Below are positions 38,638 to 47,293 of a stretch of 64,000 nucleotides of DNA, in pieces (positions within the stretch are counted from its first letter, which is position 1; every line of letters begins with the position of its first letter). The DNA is from Clostridia bacterium. Lineage in GTDB: Bacteria > Bacillota > Clostridia > Oscillospirales > CAG-272. Under the pieces are notes generated by a model. It worked only from the letters and a program-made list of their open reading frames with translations, searched no databases and was not told the DNA's origin. The position numbers and the translations under genes were made by a program. The DNA lies in NCBI GenBank assembly GCA_017505785.1, contig JAFVOQ010000047.1, positions 16,558-80,557 of the forward strand. The letters run 5' to 3'.

Positions 38638-39324
38638 TCAATTGTACAGCTCAAATTTGTAACCGACACCCCAAACTGTTTTGAGTGCCCATTTTTCCGA
38701 TACGCCCTTCAGCTTCTCACGCAAGCGCTTGATATGTACATCAACCGTGCGGCTGTCGCCGAGAAAGGCAAAATCCCACACGTGCTCCAAAAGCTGCTCG
38801 CGACTGAACACACGGTTAGGGCTGGAGGCAAGGCAATAAAGCAGTTGAAGCTCCTTTGGGGGGATGTCCACCTTTTTTCCGCCCAGCTTAAGCTCGAATT
38901 TTTCTTGGCTGATCTCAAAATTTTCAAAACGGATCACATCACTGTGCCGGGGATCTGTGAGTGCCCTTACGCGACGCAGCAGTGCTTTGATGCGCGCGAC
39001 AAGCTCATAAAGGTCAAAGGGCTTTACCAGCACGTCGTCAGCACCTGCATCAAGCAGCGCGATCTTTGCCCCTACATCACCGCTTGCCGCCATAACGATC
39101 ACGGGCGTGCTGTGCTCAGCACACAGCGCAAGCAGCTGTTGTGTGCCCTGGTACGGCAGCTCCGCGGCAACGAGAAGCACATCAGGGGTCGCCTTTCTAA
39201 AGGCGGTCATGCCGGAAACACCGTCACTGGCAGTATTGATTGTAAGTCCCACGGCCTCAAGGTGCGCTTTTAGCACATCGCAAAAGTCGGTGTGATCAAC
39301 GATCAGAATTTTCGTTTCCAACAT
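38638..39324 (-). CDS. OmpR/PhoB-family winged-helix regulator with a degenerate (Asp-less) receiver domain
   Basis: Start moved to MLETKILIVDH (RBS GGAGGGAAAG). The receiver shows DH instead of DD and LLVAAELP instead of LLLDxxLP. KPF is retained. The C-terminal wHTH (RTVDVHIKRLREKL) is intact. Confidence 0.85.
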   Translation of the reverse strand: MLETKILIVDHTDFCDVLKAHLEAVGLTINTASDGVSGMTAFRKATPDVLLVAAELPYQGTQQLLALCAEHSTPVIVMAASGDVGAKIALLDAGADDVLVKPFDLYELVARIKALLRRVRALTDPRHSDVIRFENFEISQEKFELKLGGKKVDIPPKELQLLYCLASSPNRVFSREQLLEHVWDFAFLGDSRTVDVHIKRLREKLKGVSEKWALKTVWGVGYKFELYN

Positions 39325-39465
39325 TTTGGCTTTCCCTCCCGTTTCCAAACGCAAAGCGAATGGTTTTAAAACGTTCCAATTGTTAGTTATTATACCATAC
39401 TCTTTCACATTTGAAAAGAGCTTTTTTAAAAAAATGTTACATTTTAAGTATTTTTACGCAAGCTC

Positions 39466-39494
39466 TTGCCAAATCCCAAAAAATGCGATATAAT
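39466..39494 (+). promoter_or_regulatory. Promoter TTGCCA-17-TATAAT for ychF-trmB
   Basis: Counted base by base, about 40 nt upstream of the ychF start. Confidence 0.6.
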
Positions 39495-39532
39495 TAAATT
39501 TATGACTGTTTCCAATAAGGAGATCTATATTT

Positions 39533-40627
39533 ATGAAGCTTGGAATTGTGGGGTTGCCGAACGTCGGCAAAAGCACGCTGTTTAACGCCTTAACAAATGC
39601 AGGGGCGGAATCGGCAAACTATCCTTTTTGCACCATTGAGCCAAACGTAGGCGTGGTTGCCGTACCCGATGCACGCATGGATTATCTTGCAGACATGTAT
39701 GCGCCCGAAAAATACACCCCCGCGGTGATTGAATTTGTAGATATTGCAGGGCTTGTGCGCGGTGCCTCCAAGGGCGAGGGGCTTGGCAACAAATTCCTTT
39801 CCCACATCCGCGAGGTCGATGCCGTTATTCACGTAGTACGTTGCTTTGAGGACGATAACATTATTCACGTTGACGGCAACGTTGACCCCATTCGCGATCT
39901 TGAAACGATCAACATGGAGCTGATCTTCTCCGACATTGAAATGTTGGAGCGCCGCATCGATCGCACCAAAAAAGCCATGAAGGGTGACAAAACGCTTGCC
40001 GGTGAGCTTTTGGTGCTTGAACGCATTTTGGCGGCACTCTCCGAGGGCAGGACCGCGCGCACGGTAGAGCTGACCGATGATGAGCGTGCTGTGCTTTACG
40101 ACACGCCCTTGCTCACCCTAAAACCCGTGATCTACGTGGCAAATATCAGCGAAAACGATGTCGGAGCTGAGCCCACGGACAACCCCATGTATGCAAAGCT
40201 TAAGTCGTTTGCACAAAGCGAAAAAGCGGGCATTATACCTGTATGTGCACAGATCGAGGCGGAGATCGCAGAGCTTTCCGGCGAAGAAAAGCAGGCATTC
40301 CTTGACGATCTCGGCATTCCCGAAAGCGGACTTGACCGCCTCATCAAGGCAAGCTATTCCCTGCTTGGACTGATCAGCTTTCTCACTGCCGGCCCCAAGG
40401 AGGTGCGTGCCTGGACGATCACGCGCGGCACAAAGGCACCGGGGGCTGCCGGCAAGATCCACAGTGATTTTGAACGCGGCTTTATCCGCGCGGAGGTCGT
40501 TGCGTTTGACGATCTCAAGCGGATCGGATCGATGAATGGCGTAAAGGAAGCAGGGCTGCTTCGCAGCGAGGGTAAGGAGTATGTAATGGAGGACGGTGAC
40601 ATTGTGGTGTTCCGTTTCAACGTCTGA
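39533..40627 (+). CDS. ychF: Ribosome-binding ATPase YchF
   Basis: 364 aa. [15 protein letters not shown] and a C-terminal TGS-like domain. Confidence 0.95.
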   Translation: MKLGIVGLPNVGKSTLFNALTNAGAESANYPFCTIEPNVGVVAVPDARMDYLADMYAPEKYTPAVIEFVDIAGLVRGASKGEGLGNKFLSHIREVDAVIHVVRCFEDDNIIHVDGNVDPIRDLETINMELIFSDIEMLERRIDRTKKAMKGDKTLAGELLVLERILAALSEGRTARTVELTDDERAVLYDTPLLTLKPVIYVANISENDVGAEPTDNPMYAKLKSFAQSEKAGIIPVCAQIEAEIAELSGEEKQAFLDDLGIPESGLDRLIKASYSLLGLISFLTAGPKEVRAWTITRGTKAPGAAGKIHSDFERGFIRAEVVAFDDLKRIGSMNGVKEAGLLRSEGKEYVMEDGDIVVFRFNV

Positions 40628-41277
40628 TGCGCGCCCGCAAGAAAAAGCACGGGGCAGAGCGCATTGCCGCGTGTGCTGAGCTACTCATTGAGGACACCGC
40701 AAAGCTAAAAGAAGATCCAGATGCCTTTTTTTTGCAAAAGCGTCCCCTTCACCTGGAAATCGGGTGCGGTAAGGGCAATTTTGCCTGCGGAAAGGCAGCG
40801 CAACGCCCCGAAATCAACCTCATTGCAATGGAGGTCGTTGCCGATGTCATGGTGACCGCCCTTGAAAAAGCTATGCTCTCAAGAGAGGAGCGTCCCGACA
40901 ATCTGCGCTTTCTGATCGGCAATGCCGAAAACCTGACCGAATGGTTCCCCGCGCACAGCATCGACTGCCTTTATCTCAACTTCAGCGACCCGTGGCACAA
41001 GGCGCGCCATGCCAAAAGACGCTTGACGCACCGAGATTTTCTCGCACGTTACCGCGAGGTGTTGAAGGCAGGCGGTAAGCTTTACTTTAAAACCGATAAC
41101 GTGAACCTGTTTGATTTTTCTCTTGGGGAATTTGAGGCAATGGGCCTTCGCGTGACCGATCTAACACGCGATCTGCACAACAGCCCTCTGAACGAAGGGA
41201 ACATTATGACGGAATACGAGCGCAATTTTTCCGAAAAGGGTTTTCCCATTCATGCCGTAACCGTTCATTTTGATTAA
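40627..41277 (+). CDS. trmB: tRNA (guanine46-N7)-methyltransferase
   Basis: 216 aa. EIGCGKG and FSDPWHKARHAKRRL. TGATG overlap with ychF. Confidence 0.92.
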   Translation: MRARKKKHGAERIAACAELLIEDTAKLKEDPDAFFLQKRPLHLEIGCGKGNFACGKAAQRPEINLIAMEVVADVMVTALEKAMLSREERPDNLRFLIGNAENLTEWFPAHSIDCLYLNFSDPWHKARHAKRRLTHRDFLARYREVLKAGGKLYFKTDNVNLFDFSLGEFEAMGLRVTDLTRDLHNSPLNEGNIMTEYERNFSEKGFPIHAVTVHFD

Positions 41278-41280
41278 ATA

Positions 41281-41309
41281 AAAGCCGATGTCAGCAGCAT
41301 CGGCTTTTT
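41281..41309 (+). terminator. Hairpin/terminator between trmB and truB
   Basis: AAGCCGAUG-UCAGCAG-CAUCGGCUU followed by U5. The truB RBS follows immediately, so termination is probably partial. Confidence 0.6.
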
Positions 41310-41321
41310 AAAGGAGCAGCT

Positions 41322-42239
41322 ATGAATGACTTACAAGAGCCCTGCGGTGTGTTGCTGATCGACAAGCCACAGGGACTGACCTCGCACGACGTGGTAGGCA
41401 GGGTGCGCAAGCTCTACGGCACGCGCCGTGTGGGGCACACCGGCACCCTTGACCCGTTGGCAACGGGCGTTCTGGTATTACTCGTGGGCCGCGCGGCAAA
41501 GGCGGCTGAATACCTTACCGCACATGACAAATGCTATGAAGCGGTTTTACGCCTTGGTATCACCACCGACACAGAGGATATCACAGGAGAAATTCTCACC
41601 ACGTCAGCCAACTTTCCAAACAAAAGTGAAGTAGAAAACGCGGCAATGCACTATCGCGGCAGCTATCTGCAAACGCCGCCAATGTATAGCGCACTGAAGG
41701 TAAACGGTCAAAAGCTGTTAGACCTCGCCAGGCGCGGATTGGAGATCGAGCGCGAAGCGCGTGAGGTGAAAATTCACACCCTCAACCTCACTCCCACCGA
41801 AAAGGACGAGGACTATGCGCTTGAGGTACACTGCTCCTCCGGAACCTACATCCGCACCCTGTGTGCCGATATTGGGCGTGACCTTGGCTGTGGCGGCGCA
41901 ATGGCTGCCCTGCGGCGCACAAGGGTGAACGCATTTTCGCTTGAAAGCTGTTGTACCCTTGACGAGCTGGAAAGCCTTACCGAACAGGAACGGCTTAACC
42001 GACTTTTGCCAATTGAGCAGCTGTTTGCAGACCTCCCCACCGTGCGCCTATCTCCGTTTTTTGAAAAGCTGTGCCGCAGTGGCTGTGAGATCTACCAAGC
42101 AAAGGTGGGAACGGCACTGAAAACGGGAGAGCGTGTGCGTATATGTAGCGAAACGGGTGCGTTTTTTGCCCTTGGTGAGGTGCGCGAATACGAAGCAGGC
42201 TCCGCCATTAAAGCAATCAAAACCTTTGTGCTTTCGTAA
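41322..42239 (+). CDS. truB: tRNA pseudouridine(55) synthase
   Basis: 305 aa. GHTGTLDPLATGVL. Confidence 0.93.
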   Translation: MNDLQEPCGVLLIDKPQGLTSHDVVGRVRKLYGTRRVGHTGTLDPLATGVLVLLVGRAAKAAEYLTAHDKCYEAVLRLGITTDTEDITGEILTTSANFPNKSEVENAAMHYRGSYLQTPPMYSALKVNGQKLLDLARRGLEIEREAREVKIHTLNLTPTEKDEDYALEVHCSSGTYIRTLCADIGRDLGCGGAMAALRRTRVNAFSLESCCTLDELESLTEQERLNRLLPIEQLFADLPTVRLSPFFEKLCRSGCEIYQAKVGTALKTGERVRICSETGAFFALGEVREYEAGSAIKAIKTFVLS

Positions 42240-42286
42240 TTGGCACTGCAAGGACAGCTTTGAAATTTAACAAAACCACGACCAAC

Positions 42287-42325
42287 AAGAAGGGGCAGAG
42301 AACCTGAAATTCTCTGCCCCTTCTT
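42287..42325. terminator. Bidirectional terminator, perfect 15-bp stem
   Basis: AAGAAGGGGCAGAGA-9 nt-UCUCUGCCCCUUCUU. Confidence 0.8.
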
Positions 42326-42355
42326 ATCATTCACAAACTTGATAAAGAACCACGA

Positions 42356-42446
42356 ACGGGAGGCCAAACGCCTCCCCTACATAAACACATTTTACATGGT
42401 GCGCCTTGTTTTTATGCTTCTGTAGGGGAGGGGTTTTCCCTCCCGT
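42356..42446. repeat. Composite palindrome: two inverted 26-nt hairpin units (23/26) separated by 39 nt
   Basis: ACGGGAGGCCAAACGCCTCCCCTACA versus the reverse complement of TGTAGGGGAGGGGTTTTCCCTCCCGT. Each unit is itself a 7-bp hairpin with a 5-nt loop. The right unit is followed by T5 on the plus strand. Confidence 0.7.
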
Positions 42447-42459
42447 TTTTGTGATTGTG

Positions 42460-43761
42460 TCATACTCCAAAAAATCTTGCGGCTTGCTCGGCAAACACGG
42501 CTTGTGCTACTCTCAGCAATGCGCTCTCATCGAAAAGCCCATTGCCGTCGGTTACCGCAAATCGTGCGAGCTCCGCTGACAGCACGCGTGCAAAGCGCGC
42601 CTTGGCAGGCGCGGAAAAGCACCCTTGCTCGCAGTCGGTCACACCAAGCAGCAGTGAGGCGGCGCCGCGGTGCAAATAGAAGCGCAAGGAACGGGAGAGC
42701 AACGCTGATGCTGCTCCCGCAGCATCGATCCCAAAGTACAGCAAGGGTGTGCCGTCCTCTTTTCTAAAGCGATCAAGCAATGAAGATAGCCCTCGCGGCA
42801 GATCACCCGCAGCAAAGGATAACAAGGTGGTGGGGAGCGCACGGTCACGCGACAGATATAACAGGAGCTTTTCAAAGGCTCTTGTCGAAAAATCCCCCAT
42901 AACGTGATCGGTTTTAGAGCGCACGCGGAGCACAAATCGCATACCGTGCGCCGCCATGGCACGGCTAAGCATACGCAAAAGCTGTACACGCCAAAGCACT
43001 TGTTCGGCAGTGGTAAGCGCAGCGTTCTCCCCTGCGAGTCCGCGCGCAAGCACCAAGGCAGCATGATAGGGATCGGTCTTTACAAACCGATCAAAGCCCG
43101 AGAGATCCAGCATCACCGCGCACGCGCCAAGCGCCGCAAATCGATCGAGCGTAGCAAAAATAGCCTGCTCCACTCCGGAAAGATCTTTCACGGCAAAGCC
43201 CGTGCTTTTGCCAAGCCCTTCGACACACCTTGAAAAATCAGGCGACTCTATTTGAAGTAATGTGTCAAAGCACACGAGGGGCTTGACTGAACCTTCAAAG
43301 ATGCTATCCTCACAGCCCTCCCCTACATTGACACGCACCAATGAGGCTCGATTTTCCGCCAATAGGCTACGCGGTGTCACAGTATGAGAAGCAAGGTAGG
43401 TGTTTGCGCCCTGCCAAACAGATGCCGCATCCTTAGCGGTTGGTGCAAAAGGCACCCTCAGCGCAGCAAGATCTGCAAAGAGATCTTGTGCAAGTGTACT
43501 GCCTGCCGTGGCGGGGAGGCTCTCAAAAAGTGCCGTTAGCTTTTCGTAATCCGCACCCTCACCCGTGATCTGACCCTCGCACACACCGCATGCGCGCATG
43601 GCGCGTATCAAGCGAGGATTTTTATACCATAGCTCCACAGGCGTGACAAACGGGCGGTTCTCGCTGATCTCAGCCGCGCCAAAGCCTACATCTACTGCAA
43701 CGGTTGGCATTTTTTCAATACCGTTTAAGAGCTTTTTTGCCAGTGCTGCACGTTGCATCAT
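42460..43761 (-). CDS. Glucuronate isomerase (UxaC)-like protein with degenerate active-site motifs
   Basis: Start moved to MMQRAALAKK (RBS GGGAGGTG). The track ORF extension to 44193 overlaps the divergent promoter and gene. Colinear with UxaC as recalled (EISENRPF..., IRAMRACGV.E.QITGEGADYEKL, DRFAALGACAV, LPTTLL, AEQAARFFGV). Confidence 0.6.
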   Translation of the reverse strand: MMQRAALAKKLLNGIEKMPTVAVDVGFGAAEISENRPFVTPVELWYKNPRLIRAMRACGVCEGQITGEGADYEKLTALFESLPATAGSTLAQDLFADLAALRVPFAPTAKDAASVWQGANTYLASHTVTPRSLLAENRASLVRVNVGEGCEDSIFEGSVKPLVCFDTLLQIESPDFSRCVEGLGKSTGFAVKDLSGVEQAIFATLDRFAALGACAVMLDLSGFDRFVKTDPYHAALVLARGLAGENAALTTAEQVLWRVQLLRMLSRAMAAHGMRFVLRVRSKTDHVMGDFSTRAFEKLLLYLSRDRALPTTLLSFAAGDLPRGLSSLLDRFRKEDGTPLLYFGIDAAGAASALLSRSLRFYLHRGAASLLLGVTDCEQGCFSAPAKARFARVLSAELARFAVTDGNGLFDESALLRVAQAVFAEQAARFFGV

Positions 43762-43856
43762 ACGATCACCTCCCTTTACTTTTACCATTTTATCACACTC
43801 CACACTCTTTTGCAAGACAGCGCGGCGCGATTGACCGTAAAATTTAAAATATCGGG

Positions 43857-43885
43857 TTGATTTTTTTAAATTAATGTGATATAAT
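43857..43885 (+). promoter_or_regulatory. Promoter TTGATT-17-TATAAT with TG extension for the MutS-like gene
   Basis: ggTTGATTtttttaaattaatgTGaTATAATttt. Confidence 0.6.
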
Positions 43886-43923
43886 TTTAACATAATTATT
43901 TTTAGAAGTAAGAGGAGGTTCAT

Positions 43924-45555
43924 ATGCCGGATATCGAGCTTGCCGATTTTAGCTTGCTTTTCCCCGATAAGCAAACGCAGGAGCGTCACATTTCGGGTGA
44001 AGCTGCCGAAATTGACGATTTTACGTTGGAAGAGCTGGGGCTTGCCGAGGTTCTTCCCCTCAAAAGCGCCTCCCTTTCGGAATTTGTTACAAAGGATCCT
44101 GCCGTTATTCGCTACCGCGAAGCGGTATTTGCTGACCTTCTCGCCCACGAGGAGATCACCCGTACGTTTGGCAAGCTGATTCCCATTCTCCATGATATCA
44201 TGGAGCTCCGCAGACTTGAGTCAGACAGTGGCGACACTGCCGATTATCTTTCGGGCATTACCGAGATCGAGCTGTATATTTCGAGCATTGACGTGCTCTA
44301 CGAGGGGCTCTGTGCAAAAAAAACAAGCTATGAAAGCGGGGCGATCGCAAAGCTCGCCGATCACATTACCAAGCTTGTGGAAAGCTCCTATTATGCCGAC
44401 CTCAACGAGCGTTTGGCGGAGCTGACAAATCGCGTGCGCGATATCAAGAGCATAACGATAGGCGTTAATCTTGATGCACAGCTGCGCCCGCGCGATGCAG
44501 GCGTGCTTGCCATTAACCCCGAGCCCTTTCGCTCGGGCGACACCCTACAAAAGATTTTGCGCCTGAATTTCAAGGATGATGAATACACTTGTATTGCGGA
44601 GCTGGTTCCCTTCGGCAAGAAGCAGACCGAAAACCAGAAGACCGCCCTGTGCCTTGCCTTTAACTCGGCGATCAATGATGTTTACCGCCATTCTCTGCGC
44701 TCCTGGAAAAAAATCGTGCAGACATACGTGCTGGAAAACACCGATTTTCTTCTTAACCTTTTGCCGGAATTTGAATTGCTTGTAAAGGGCACAAACCTCA
44801 TTCGTGCGTTGAAGATCAAAGGGGGAACGGTAACGGTACCCGAGATCCTGCCGGCAAGAGAGCGCGCCTTTTGCGCCAAGAGCTTTTACAACCCCGTTGT
44901 GGCTCTGAAAACCGAAGATAAAATGGTTCCAAACGACATTGATTTTGATGAGAACGCGGGCATTTACGTGCTGACGGGGCCCAACCGCGGCGGCAAATCG
45001 GTTGTCACCTGTGCGGTGGGTCTGATACAGGCAATGGCACAGCTCGGTCTTCCCGTGCCTGCCGAAAAGGCTTCCCTCAGCCCTGTTGACAAGATATTTA
45101 CCCATTTCCCCACGGGTGCTGAAGACACCATTGATAAGGGTCGCCTTGGCGAGGAGTGTGCACGCCTTGGCGAGATCTTTGAGGGGATCAGCGAGGAAAG
45201 CCTTGTATTGCTTGACGAAACGCTCTCCTCGACAGGCTCCTTTGAGGCATCCTATATCGCCGCAGAGGTATTGGCTGGGCTTTCTATGGCAAAATGCCGC
45301 TGCATTTTTTCCACCCACCTGCACGAGCTGGCACACAGAATCGATGACGTCAACGCACGCACCGTACCCGCGGGCGGTGTGCCGATCGACACGCTGGTTG
45401 CCGGCATTGAGGAGGGCAAGCGTTCCTTCCGCATTTATCGCGCCAAGCCCGACGGAAAGAGCTATGCGCGCGACATCGCGGCAAAATACGGCCTAACATA
45501 TGATGAAATTTTAAACAAGATCAAGCAAAAAAACGCACCCGACAAGGAGGCATGA
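43924..45555 (+). CDS. MutS-related ATPase (MutS domain V with core-like helical region; no mismatch-binding or Smr domain)
   Basis: 543 aa. Walker A GPNRGGKSV, LVLLDETLSSTGSFE and STHLHEL. Confidence 0.8.
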   Translation: MPDIELADFSLLFPDKQTQERHISGEAAEIDDFTLEELGLAEVLPLKSASLSEFVTKDPAVIRYREAVFADLLAHEEITRTFGKLIPILHDIMELRRLESDSGDTADYLSGITEIELYISSIDVLYEGLCAKKTSYESGAIAKLADHITKLVESSYYADLNERLAELTNRVRDIKSITIGVNLDAQLRPRDAGVLAINPEPFRSGDTLQKILRLNFKDDEYTCIAELVPFGKKQTENQKTALCLAFNSAINDVYRHSLRSWKKIVQTYVLENTDFLLNLLPEFELLVKGTNLIRALKIKGGTVTVPEILPARERAFCAKSFYNPVVALKTEDKMVPNDIDFDENAGIYVLTGPNRGGKSVVTCAVGLIQAMAQLGLPVPAEKASLSPVDKIFTHFPTGAEDTIDKGRLGEECARLGEIFEGISEESLVLLDETLSSTGSFEASYIAAEVLAGLSMAKCRCIFSTHLHELAHRIDDVNARTVPAGGVPIDTLVAGIEEGKRSFRIYRAKPDGKSYARDIAAKYGLTYDEILNKIKQKNAPDKEA

Positions 45556-45559
45556 AATT

Positions 45560-46036
45560 ATGAATACTATTCTTAAGCTACTGGAGGATAATGCAAACCT
45601 CACCCCCGCACAGCTTGCCGTAATGTGCGGCAAGGAAACGGGCGATATCAAAAAACTGATCAAGGAATACGAAGCTAACGGGGTTATTGTAGGATATAAG
45701 ACTCTGGTCGACTGGGATAAAACAGACCGCGAGTATGTTTCCGCACTCATTGAGGTAAAGATCACCCCCCAGCGCGACCGCGGCTTTGACCGTGTTGCCG
45801 AAAAGATCTACAACTACCCAGAGGTACAAAGCCTTTACCTCATGTCGGGCGGCTACGATCTTTGCGTGCTGATCGAGGGCAAGACCATGAAGGAGGTTGC
45901 CTATTTCGTGGCGCAAAAGCTTGCTACGATAGAGGAGGTCGTGTCCACCGCTACTCACTTTGTATTACGCAAATACAAGGACAAGGGTGTTGTTTACGGC
46001 GTCGAGGAGATCGACGAGAGAGGAAACTGCAACTGA
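45560..46036 (+). CDS. Lrp/AsnC family transcriptional regulator
   Basis: 158 aa. N-terminal HTH and a C-terminal RAM-like domain. Confidence 0.88.
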   Translation: MNTILKLLEDNANLTPAQLAVMCGKETGDIKKLIKEYEANGVIVGYKTLVDWDKTDREYVSALIEVKITPQRDRGFDRVAEKIYNYPEVQSLYLMSGGYDLCVLIEGKTMKEVAYFVAQKLATIEEVVSTATHFVLRKYKDKGVVYGVEEIDERGNCN

Positions 46037-47202
46037 TGTTCGATTATTCTTCTGTTCTTTCACACACTGTCACAAATCTGAAAAAATCCGGCATTCGGAA
46101 ATTTTTCGATCTGCTTGACGGCAGAAAGGATGTAATAGGACTTACCGTCGGTCAACCCGACTTTGTCACGCCATGGCATATTCGCGAGGCAGGTATTGAA
46201 AGCCTGCAAAAGGGCAAGACCTATTACACCTCCAACGCCGGCATGCCCGAGCTGCGTGCCGAGATCTGCTCTTATCTGAAACGCCGCTTTGCGCTCTCCT
46301 ATTTGCCTGAGGAAACCGTTGTAACGGTAGGAGGGAGCGAAGCGATCGATCTTGCCATTCGCTCGGTAACAGATCCCGGCGACGAGATCATTATCCCAAC
46401 GCCCTCCTTTGTTTGCTACGAGCCCATTGCCCGTCTTTGCGGCGGTGTACCCGTAATTGTTAAAACAACGGTAGAGGACCGTTTTAAGCTCACGCCCGAG
46501 GCACTGCGTGCCGCCATTACTCCCAAGACAAAAATGCTGGTACTCCCCTACCCCAACAATCCCACGGGTGCAATCCTTACCAAAGAGGAGCTTGAGGGAA
46601 TTGCCGAGGTGCTGCGCGGCACCAATATCCTGGTTCTCTCCGACGAGATCTACGCCGAGATGACCTATGGTAGGCAGCACGTTTCCATTGCCTCGCTTGA
46701 CGGCATGTGGGAGCGTACGATCATTACCAGCGGCTTTTCTAAGTCCTACGCTATGACAGGCTGGCGCATGGGCTATCTTGCGGCACCCAAGCCCCTTGCA
46801 GAGCAGATGCTCAAGATCCACCAATACGCCATTATGTGCGCGCCGACCACCAGCCAGTTTGCCGCCATTGAGGCACTGAAAAACGGTGACGAGGATATTG
46901 CCATGATGGTGGGCGAATACGACCGCCGCCGCCGTTTTGTCTACCAAGGCTTCCAGGACATCGGCGTTGATGTATTTGAGCCCGAGGGAGCATTTTATAT
47001 TTATCCCGAAATCGGAAAATTCGGTCTTGATGCAGACACCTTCTGCGACAAGTTGCTCAACGAATACAAATGTGCGATCGTGCCCGGCACCGCCTTTGGC
47101 GAAGGGGGCGAGCGTTTTGCGCGCGTTTCTTATGCTTACTCCATTAAGCACATAGAGGAAGCGCTCAACCGCATTGAAGCATTTGTAAAAACGCTAAAAT
47201 AA
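46036..47202 (+). CDS. Class I/II PLP-dependent aminotransferase (aspartate/aromatic-type)
   Basis: True start is ATG 46036 (MFDYSSVL), overlapping the Lrp stop (TGATG). PLP-lysine motif SGFSKSYAMTGWRMGY. Confidence 0.9.
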   Translation: MFDYSSVLSHTVTNLKKSGIRKFFDLLDGRKDVIGLTVGQPDFVTPWHIREAGIESLQKGKTYYTSNAGMPELRAEICSYLKRRFALSYLPEETVVTVGGSEAIDLAIRSVTDPGDEIIIPTPSFVCYEPIARLCGGVPVIVKTTVEDRFKLTPEALRAAITPKTKMLVLPYPNNPTGAILTKEELEGIAEVLRGTNILVLSDEIYAEMTYGRQHVSIASLDGMWERTIITSGFSKSYAMTGWRMGYLAAPKPLAEQMLKIHQYAIMCAPTTSQFAAIEALKNGDEDIAMMVGEYDRRRRFVYQGFQDIGVDVFEPEGAFYIYPEIGKFGLDADTFCDKLLNEYKCAIVPGTAFGEGGERFARVSYAYSIKHIEEALNRIEAFVKTLK

Positions 47203-47211
47203 AATCCACCT

Positions 47212-47258
47212 AAAAACCGCTTTTTCTACTGCTTCAGCGATAGAAAAAGCGGTTTTTT
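47212..47258. terminator. Bidirectional terminator (17-bp stem)
   Basis: AAAAACCGCUUUUUCUA-12 nt-UAGAAAAAGCGGUUUUU. Confidence 0.85.
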
Positions 47259-47293
47259 ATCGTGTGTTTTTGCGCTGCGCTAAGGGAAGCAAC

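Noticed and set aside
43762-44193. 144-codon N-terminal extension of the uxaC-like ORF.
   Set aside because: It would overlap the promoter and the first 90 codons of the divergent MutS-like gene. Its translation is low-complexity. The GGGAGGTG RBS precedes the ATG at 43761.
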